64,000 bases of DNA from Candidatus Cloacimonadales bacterium (lineage in GTDB: Bacteria > Cloacimonadota > Cloacimonadia > Cloacimonadales > JAFGVF01): positions 160,001 to 224,000 of the forward strand of contig OY759729.1 of assembly GCA_963662585.1 (NCBI GenBank). Reading direction: 5' to 3'. Position numbers and translations under genes: made by a program. Under the pieces are notes generated by a model. The model saw only the letters and a program-made list of their open reading frames with translations, was not told the DNA's origin and made no database searches. Each line of letters begins with the position of its first letter. Position 1 is the first letter of the stretch. This document shows, piece by piece, positions 57,233 through 64,000 of this stretch.

Positions 57233-59015
57233 CCTGACCATATCACAAATTCTCAAACTTATTCTTGTCTTGGGGTTTAGTATATTAATATTCTCATTAG
57301 CTAAACTTCAAATAATTGATGGAGAGATATATAACGAATATGCTAAAAATAACTATGTAAAAAAAAGTAGACTTGAGGCCAACAGAGGTGAAATATTTGA
57401 TCGTTTTGGTGTCCCCATTGCACAAAATTATCCTGCTATTCATCTGGCTGTTATTCCTGGTTTTATAACTAATGAAGATTCCCTTAAATCTTTCTTATCT
57501 TCGAGTATAAATGTTACAGCTGAAGATTTTGATAACTTCATTTATGAAACAAGATTTCGTAAGTACCAAGAAAATGTCTTCATCGACAACCTTGATACCA
57601 AACAAGTTGCAAAATTATCAGAAAGTTTCAATTATTTTCCAGAATTGAGATTCTCTATTAGTAATACAAGAAGATACCATTTTCCTAACCACTTTACTGG
57701 ATATATTGGTCGAATAAATCAAGAAGAATATGCTTCATTAAAAGATTTAGGATATCATTATAACAGCTTCTTAGGAAAAACAGGCATTGAAAAACAGTAT
57801 GAAACCATCCTTAAAGGAGTTGATGGAGTCCAGCTTAACTTAGTTGATGCTAGAGGAAGAAATTTAGATTTATTTAATAGTATTTCAAACAATAGAGACA
57901 ATATTAATATCCCCCCTATTCATGGAATGAATATCAATCTAACCATTGATGTTAATCTACAAAAGTTTGTTGATGATAATTTCCCTCCTGACCTAAGGGG
58001 AGCTGTTGTGGTTATGGACTATGAAACTGGCGAAGTTTTAGCCTATGTATCTAGGCCTGAATTTGATCAGAACATTTTTATGTCCAGAATTCCAACTACT
58101 ATGTGGGATTCTATCAGAGCAGATACCACTAAACCATTTTTAGACAGAGTTAGCAAGGCAGTTTATCCCCCTGGTTCTGTATTCAAAATAATTACTTCCG
58201 GTTATGGTTTAGAAAACTCTTTAGTTAACCGTTGGACAAAACTTAGCTATTGCGATGGCGGATTACAGGTTGGAAATAGATATGTAAAGTGTTGGAATAG
58301 ATATGGGCATGGTAGCCTAAATGTTATCGATGCCCTAAAAGTTTCTTGTGATGTCTATTTCTATGATCTCTCTTTTAGGATTGATATGGATGATTTTTGC
58401 TATTTTGTTAAAGACTCAATGCTTAGTGAAAAAACAGGTATTGATATTCCAGATGAAGCTAAAGGCTTCTTCCCTACTAGCAAGTGGTATCAGGATATGT
58501 ATGGCAAATATGTATCTATTAGAGGACACATGGTTAATCTATCTATTGGGCAAGGTGAAATGTTTATGACCCCACTTCAAATTTGTGCCCTTTATGCAGG
58601 AATCGCCAACGAAGGTCTATGGAAAAAACCTCATTTACTAAAACAAGCAGTAAGAGAAGACTCTATACTCACAATAGATGATTTCATAGATAATTTAGAA
58701 GTAGAACTTCCATTGAATGAAGAAAATCTAGCTATTATCGAAGAAGGTTTAAGGAAAGTTGTTACTCAACCAGATGGAACTGCTCATACAATCAATAGAC
58801 CCAATCGTAATCTTTATGGTAAGACAGGTTCTGCTGAACATAAAAAAGATAGAGACACTCATGCTTGGTTTGCAGGTTATGATAAAGATACTAAAATTGC
58901 CATTACAGTCTTTGCTCAAGAAGCAGGTGGTGGTGGTAGTGTAGCTGCTCCAATTGCAGGAAAAGTATTTGATTTCTATTATGAATATAAAGGAAATGAG
59001 TATGCTGAAAATTAA
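57225..59015 (+). CDS. mrdA: Penicillin-binding protein 2
   Basis: RGEIFDR, GKTGIEKQYE, YPPGSVFK (SxxK), SCDVYFY, GKTGSAE. Confidence 0.96.
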   Translation: MNNLTISQILKLILVLGFSILIFSLAKLQIIDGEIYNEYAKNNYVKKSRLEANRGEIFDRFGVPIAQNYPAIHLAVIPGFITNEDSLKSFLSSSINVTAEDFDNFIYETRFRKYQENVFIDNLDTKQVAKLSESFNYFPELRFSISNTRRYHFPNHFTGYIGRINQEEYASLKDLGYHYNSFLGKTGIEKQYETILKGVDGVQLNLVDARGRNLDLFNSISNNRDNINIPPIHGMNINLTIDVNLQKFVDDNFPPDLRGAVVVMDYETGEVLAYVSRPEFDQNIFMSRIPTTMWDSIRADTTKPFLDRVSKAVYPPGSVFKIITSGYGLENSLVNRWTKLSYCDGGLQVGNRYVKCWNRYGHGSLNVIDALKVSCDVYFYDLSFRIDMDDFCYFVKDSMLSEKTGIDIPDEAKGFFPTSKWYQDMYGKYVSIRGHMVNLSIGQGEMFMTPLQICALYAGIANEGLWKKPHLLKQAVREDSILTIDDFIDNLEVELPLNEENLAIIEEGLRKVVTQPDGTAHTINRPNRNLYGKTGSAEHKKDRDTHAWFAGYDKDTKIAITVFAQEAGGGGSVAAPIAGKVFDFYYEYKGNEYAEN

Positions 59016-60213
59016 GAACTTTGATTTAGGACTATTCTTTGCATGGTTCTTATTAGTTTCGATTGGTATAATTATAATCTATACTGCATCTATTACTAGT
59101 TATGGAGAATTTACTCAAGTAAATAATTATTACATCAAACAGTTAGTATTTTTTCTATTTATTATTCCGATCTTCTTCTTTATTCAAAAGATTCCCTACT
59201 TTATTATAGATGCCTTAATAATACCAGGTTACATTATCTCCATAATTTTACTCTTTATCGTACTATTTACCCCTGAAATTAATGGCTCAAACAGATGGAT
59301 ACAATTAGGTGGCTTTTCGCTACAACCTTCCGAAATCGCTAAGATTATGACTATATTGACTATTAGTAAGTTTCTCGCAAAACCTCATCAAGGGGATTCT
59401 CGTAAAATAATAACTGGTATTATTATTGCTTTGATACCTATTTTCCTTATAATGATAGAACCTGATTTTGGAACTACTTTGGTATTTTGGGTCTCCCTTT
59501 TCGCTATGCTCATGGCAGCCAATGTTCCTATAATCTATCTGTTAATCCTTATTGCTCCAATTATATCCATTTCGTTAGTAATTTTCTCGCCCTACTCAGC
59601 CTTGATATTTATCATTCTTTTTAGTTTTCTTCTTTTTAAATTAAAATTCAATTGGGTAGTTCAAGCAATATCTTTCCTCACGAATCTCTTTGGCAGTATT
59701 ATCTTCTGGCAAATCCTCAAACCTTATCAAATTAACAGAATACTGACCTTTATAGACCCGACAAGAGACCCTCTTGGTGCAGGGTATCAAGTAATACAAT
59801 CCAAAATAGCTGTTGGTTCAGGTGGTCTTTGGGGCAAAGGTTTTCTGCAAGGTACACAGAAGAACTTAGACTTTTTACCTGAAAATCATACAGATTTCAT
59901 TTTTTCAGTATATGGTGAAGAATTAGGCTTCATGTTTTCTTTACTTCTTCTCGGACTTTTTTTCTATTTATTAATAAAAATAATAAAATCTATTGACAAA
60001 ATATATGTTCTTGAGCGTAAGATTGCAACAGTTGGTATATTTGCCTTTATATTTTTCCAACTGTTTGTAAATATAGGAATGAATATTGGAATAGTTCCAA
60101 CCACAGGAGTTCCTCTACCATTTATTAGTTATGGTGGATCAAATCTTGTAATTAATTCAGTATCAATAGCTTTGGTACAAAAATATTTAGTTGAAAAAGG
60201 ATTTATGAAATGA
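58996..60213 (+). CDS. rodA: SEDS glycosyltransferase RodA
   Basis: GSNRWI, LQPSEIAK, EPDFGT, GYQVIQSKIAVGSGG, LPENHTDFIF, PFISYGGS; start uncertain (58954-59002). Confidence 0.96.
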   Translation: MSMLKIKNFDLGLFFAWFLLVSIGIIIIYTASITSYGEFTQVNNYYIKQLVFFLFIIPIFFFIQKIPYFIIDALIIPGYIISIILLFIVLFTPEINGSNRWIQLGGFSLQPSEIAKIMTILTISKFLAKPHQGDSRKIITGIIIALIPIFLIMIEPDFGTTLVFWVSLFAMLMAANVPIIYLLILIAPIISISLVIFSPYSALIFIILFSFLLFKLKFNWVVQAISFLTNLFGSIIFWQILKPYQINRILTFIDPTRDPLGAGYQVIQSKIAVGSGGLWGKGFLQGTQKNLDFLPENHTDFIFSVYGEELGFMFSLLLLGLFFYLLIKIIKSIDKIYVLERKIATVGIFAFIFFQLFVNIGMNIGIVPTTGVPLPFISYGGSNLVINSVSIALVQKYLVEKGFMK

Positions 60214-60791
60214 CCAAAAAAAGTATTATTATCTTAATATTATCAATTATTCTACTCTCATGTTCTCGTTTTATTAAACTTAGAGAAGAAAATTTCACAA
60301 AGCAATTATCAGAAAACCTTATTGAAAATGGAGATTTTGAGATTTATCAAGATAATATTGATAATTCATTACCTGGTTGGATTTTTGATAAAATTTCTAC
60401 TGATAAAGTTTCCATTGATACAACTAGAAGCTTTGTGGGAAATAATTGCTTAAAAATTTCCCAACCTTCCAGAGAAATGCAATTAGTCACAAAACCTTTT
60501 CATACTAACCACAGAAATGTTTACGGCATAAGATTATCTGCTAAATCAGTGTTGAGAAAAATTCCTATTGTTATTCATTTTTTAACTTTTTCTGAAGATG
60601 GAAAGATTGTTTCAAAATACTACAGCAATATTACTGTTGATACTAAATGGCACACATATACTTTTGTTTCTGATTATCTTAAGGTTAATTCTGAGTTTGG
60701 AAGAGTCTTTATTACTATTCCCGAGAACAATTCAGTTTTACTTTTAGATGATATCAATTGCCTTATTATCGATGCTTACCAAAAAAAGTAA
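60210..60791 (+). CDS. Lipoprotein with carbohydrate-binding-module-like (galactose-binding fold) domain
   Basis: Lipobox LLSC; NLIENGDFE..LPGW..WHTYTF..LLDDI pattern. Confidence 0.65.
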   Translation: MTKKSIIILILSIILLSCSRFIKLREENFTKQLSENLIENGDFEIYQDNIDNSLPGWIFDKISTDKVSIDTTRSFVGNNCLKISQPSREMQLVTKPFHTNHRNVYGIRLSAKSVLRKIPIVIHFLTFSEDGKIVSKYYSNITVDTKWHTYTFVSDYLKVNSEFGRVFITIPENNSVLLLDDINCLIIDAYQKK

Positions 60792-60846
60792 TGTAACTAA
60801 ACTGTCACCCTCCCGTTATACATTAAAAAAATTGAAGGAGTTTAAA

Positions 60847-62289
60847 ATGTTTAAAACCCATAAGTATTTTGCCCTAATATTAATAATGTTAATTGCTAGC
60901 GTATCACTCATAGCTAAAGAGAAGAGTCCTTTTGTTGATATAGTAAAACAAAGTAGAGATGCTGTAGTCCAAATTAAAGTTGAAGGAACAATAGCTAATC
61001 AATATAGAAATCCATTTCAGAATGACGATTTTTTTAAGTTCTTTTTCCCTCAACAACCTCAAGTAAGACCTTATGTATCCCTTGGAAGTGGCTTCATATT
61101 TGATTATAATGAAAATGACGATATAGCTTATATTCTTACTAATAACCATGTTGTTGAATTAGGTGAAAAGGGTACAATAACTGTTACTTTAGCTGATAAG
61201 AATAGTATTGAAGCTGAGATAGTAGGTTTAGATCAAGCAACTGATTTAGCTGTCATTAAAATACAAGTACCTAAAAATGAGAAAATTACAGTTTTACCTC
61301 TAGGTAATTCTTCTACTCTAGAAATTGGTGAGTGGGCTATAGCAATTGGAAATCCTTTTGGTGATTCAGGACTTGATAGAACTGTCACTGTGGGAGTAAT
61401 TTCAGCCTTAGGAAGAGCTGGTATGAATTTTGGCAACAACTCCCCTATCTTCCAAGATTATGTCCAAACTGATGCTGCTATCAACCCTGGCAACAGCGGT
61501 GGACCACTCTTAGATATTGATGGTAAAGTAATAGGTATTAATGCAGCCATAACCAGTACTAGCGGTGGAAATGTAGGTATCGGCTTCGCAATTCCTATTG
61601 ATTTAGCTAAAAAAGTTTCAGAGGATATCTTGGAATATGGATATGTCCGTAGAGCTTATCTAGGAATAATGCCACAAGAGATTAATGAAGATCTTAAAAT
61701 TAACTTTGATTTAAATGAATTAGCCGGTGTTTTAGTAACAAATGTTGAACCTGATACTCCAGCTTCTCGAGCAGGATTAAAAAAAGGTGATATAATTAAA
61801 GCCCTAAATGGTACTAAAATCCATAATATTCATAAATTTAGAACTGAGATTGCTCATAGTCCTATAGATTCTCCTATTGATATTTCTATTATTAGAGATA
61901 AAAAAAACAAGGTCATCACTGCAACTTTAAGTGAACATCCTGAATTTAGCAAAAACCAAAGTCAATTAGCTAAACAGAAAAAAGCATCAGTAGGGATTGT
62001 AGTTACTGATCGAGATAGTGAATTTGCTCTTAAATTTAATAACACTGTTGATAAGGGTGTTGTAGTACAGTCAATATCACCAGCTTCTCAAGCTAGTTCA
62101 ACTAATTTACAAGTAGGAGATGTTATTCTTGAAGTTAATAATGTTGAAATAAATAATGTAGAAGAGTTCGAGAATGAAATTGAAAAATCACTCGATACTG
62201 ATGATAATATAAAAAGGATTCTTCTTCGTGTAGCTACAAAGAATAAAAACAATTTTATATCCTTTGTTGCTATTAACATAATCGAATAG
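60847..62289 (+). CDS. degP: DegP/HtrA serine protease with two PDZ domains
   Basis: LGSGFI, LTNNHVV, TDLAVIKI, QTDAAINPGNSGGPL; AAGGAG RBS before ATG 60847. Confidence 0.95.
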   Translation: MFKTHKYFALILIMLIASVSLIAKEKSPFVDIVKQSRDAVVQIKVEGTIANQYRNPFQNDDFFKFFFPQQPQVRPYVSLGSGFIFDYNENDDIAYILTNNHVVELGEKGTITVTLADKNSIEAEIVGLDQATDLAVIKIQVPKNEKITVLPLGNSSTLEIGEWAIAIGNPFGDSGLDRTVTVGVISALGRAGMNFGNNSPIFQDYVQTDAAINPGNSGGPLLDIDGKVIGINAAITSTSGGNVGIGFAIPIDLAKKVSEDILEYGYVRRAYLGIMPQEINEDLKINFDLNELAGVLVTNVEPDTPASRAGLKKGDIIKALNGTKIHNIHKFRTEIAHSPIDSPIDISIIRDKKNKVITATLSEHPEFSKNQSQLAKQKKASVGIVVTDRDSEFALKFNNTVDKGVVVQSISPASQASSTNLQVGDVILEVNNVEINNVEEFENEIEKSLDTDDNIKRILLRVATKNKNNFISFVAINIIE

Positions 62290-62323
62290 AATTTTTGACA
62301 AATTTAATGCAGTAAATAGATTT

Positions 62324-62357
62324 AAAAAAGCATAATCTCAGTATTATGCTTTTTTTT
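62324..62357 (+). terminator. Intrinsic (possibly bidirectional) terminator after degP
   Basis: AAAAAAGCATAAT-6nt-ATTATGCTTTTTTTT. Confidence 0.8.
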
Positions 62358-62428
62358 ATTTAAACTACTTGTTTTTAGATGCAAATAGATTATTATAATT
62401 AAAATTATTAAATAAGGTGGAGGTAATA

Positions 62429-63358
62429 ATGAAATCTTATGATGTCGTTATTGTTGGTGGTGGTCCAGCCGGACTTAGTGCTGCTATTTATGCAGCGAGA
62501 GGAAATCTTAAAACCGCAGTTTTTGAAAAATCCTTAATTGGTGGTCAAATCAATGTTACTTTTGAAGTTGAAAACTATCCTGGTATTCCAGAAGTACTAA
62601 GCGGTTTTGAATTATCTGATAGAATAAAACAACAAGCAGATAAGTTTGGTCCTGAATTTGTAGAAGAAGAGATAACTAAGATAGATTTTGTAAGCGAAAA
62701 TGGCTATAAAAAAGTCTATACTGAAGAAAATGAATATTTAGCAAAAGCCATTATAATTGCCTCTGGAGCTCAACCTCGTTACTTAAACTGTCCTGGTGAA
62801 AAAGAATATACTGGAAAAGGTGTTTCTTATTGCGCAACTTGTGATGGAGCCCTTTATCGCAACAAGATTGTCGCTGTTATAGGTGGTGGTGATTCAGCTG
62901 TTGAAGAGGGAATGTTCCTTACTAAATTTGCTTCTAAAGTTTATGTAGTACATAGAAGAGATGAGCTTAGAGCTGTAAAATCTATTCAAGAAAGAGCATT
63001 CAAGAATGAAAAGATGGAATTCATTTGGGATTCTGCAGTTGAAGAAGTTAAGGGAGAAAACTTCGTCAAAAGTATAGTATTAAAAAATCTCAAAACTAAT
63101 GAAAAACAAGATTTAGCTGTTGATGGTATTTTCATATATGTTGGTATTCTTCCTAACAATGAATTAGCCAAAGAAGAGATTAAATTAGATAGTTCAGGAT
63201 TTATCATTACTAATGAATTTATGGAAACAAACATTCCTGGTGTTTATGCAGTTGGTGATTTAAGAAATACTCCACTTCGACAAGTGATTACTGCCTGTAG
63301 TGATGGTGCTATTGCAGCCTTCTATGCTGAAAAATATATCAGTGAATTAGACGATTAA
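62429..63358 (+). CDS. trxB: Thioredoxin-disulfide reductase
   Basis: GGGPAGLSAA, VSYCATCDG, GGGDSAVEE, HRRDELRA, GVYAVGD; GGAGG RBS before ATG 62429. Confidence 0.97.
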   Translation: MKSYDVVIVGGGPAGLSAAIYAARGNLKTAVFEKSLIGGQINVTFEVENYPGIPEVLSGFELSDRIKQQADKFGPEFVEEEITKIDFVSENGYKKVYTEENEYLAKAIIIASGAQPRYLNCPGEKEYTGKGVSYCATCDGALYRNKIVAVIGGGDSAVEEGMFLTKFASKVYVVHRRDELRAVKSIQERAFKNEKMEFIWDSAVEEVKGENFVKSIVLKNLKTNEKQDLAVDGIFIYVGILPNNELAKEEIKLDSSGFIITNEFMETNIPGVYAVGDLRNTPLRQVITACSDGAIAAFYAEKYISELDD

Positions 63359-63373
63359 TAAAAATTTGTCATT

Positions 63374-63403
63374 GAGATAAGGAGTTTTCAAGCTCCTTAT
63401 CTC
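63374..63403 (+). terminator. Hairpin terminator after trxB
   Basis: GAGATAAGGAG...CTCCTTATCTC 11-bp perfect stem, AT-rich tail. Confidence 0.7.
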
Positions 63404-63470
63404 TATTATTAATTATGACTTACTATTTTATTTTTCTTGACTCAAAAACGCTACTGTTATTATTACCATA

Positions 63471-64000
63471 ATGAAAATACTTATTATTCTGATTATGTTA
63501 ATACTTGCTACTTCACTTCCTTTAAATGGTTGTGATATGTTTATGCTACAAAGTATAGATAATTACCCCTTTTTTACTCTTCCTAGTAGGACTGGTGATT
63601 TTAATGACCCCTACGACTTTTTTGAAAACTTCAAATCACAAGCTGACCAATCCTCTGGGAATAGAGATGGTTACGGTATTGTTGCTTATGATTTTGCTTC
63701 TCCAATAATTAATAGAGATTTTATGTGGTACAAAACTGGTATAGGTAATTACTTTAATCCAAACAATTTAGATGAACCCTTATACGAAGCTATTTCTGTT
63801 CTTTATGATAACCCTGATATAAGCAGAGTACTTCTTCATGCTCGGAGTGGAACTGGTGGAAATGGAAGTCATCCCTTTATCTTCAATGCTAATAATCATA
63901 CCTATACTTTTATGCATAATGGCTATGTTTTTAATACTATTAAGAGTGAGTTAATTAACTTCCTAGGCCAAGATTGGTTTATTGAACATCCATCCCAATG
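63471..64000 (+). CDS. Secreted class II glutamine amidotransferase-like Ntn hydrolase (YafJ/EgtC family), 3'-truncated
   Basis: Translated by hand (absent from ORF track): MKILIILIMLILATSLPLNG-CDMF...NRDGYG...LLHARSG...SHPF...FMHNG, open to window end. Confidence 0.85.
   Translation, partial: MKILIILIMLILATSLPLNGCDMFMLQSIDNYPFFTLPSRTGDFNDPYDFFENFKSQADQSSGNRDGYGIVAYDFASPIINRDFMWYKTGIGNYFNPNNLDEPLYEAISVLYDNPDISRVLLHARSGTGGNGSHPFIFNANNHTYTFMHNGYVFNTIKSELINFLGQDWFIEHPSQ

Noticed and set aside
46589..63234. Short ORFs nested in or antisense to the plus-strand genes (e.g. 46589-46843, 50194-50427, 54200-54460, 58348-58569, 60904-61149, 62986-63234)
   Set aside because: They overlap confidently identified genes and look like codon-bias shadows

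Overview
AT-rich (roughly 30% GC by eye) chromosome segment of an anaerobic diderm bacterium. The gene content suggests Cloacimonadota or an FCB-related lineage (inference only). Most of the window is housekeeping: a relA/spoT 3' part, then a long minus-strand run (Bax-like hydrolase, folA, PHP, udk, GT2, dnaX, selB-selA-tRNA-Sec, an Hnd/Hyd-type diaphorase operon with no catalytic subunit, purH, ABC, TPR and coiled-coil genes, NiCoT + DUF1007). From 44.1 kb the genes run on the plus strand (maf, amidohydrolase, radical SAM, HhH outer-membrane protein, barrel, 5'-nucleotidase, tsaB, mreB-mreC-[CofE-like]-mreD-mrdA-rodA, degP, trxB, a partial secreted Ntn-hydrolase). The accessory region at 26.1-41.2 kb is the standout. 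It holds a compact three-gene DISARM-related cassette (YprA/DUF1998 helicase with a Vsr-like nuclease tail, SNF2 helicase, N6-adenine methyltransferase) and no recombinase. The cassette is bracketed by ~650-700 bp same-orientation, GC-richer repeats built from several REP-like palindrome families in 216-bp and ~212-bp tandem units, with a separate ~125-bp triple repeat upstream of the helicase. Other oddities: a 12-bp-branch tRNA-Sec with a C1:A72 mismatch, a cysteine-free HndB, a CofE-like ligase inside the mre operon, and a possible DNA-scavenging outer-membrane locus. All protein calls come from motif recognition by eye; no searches were run.
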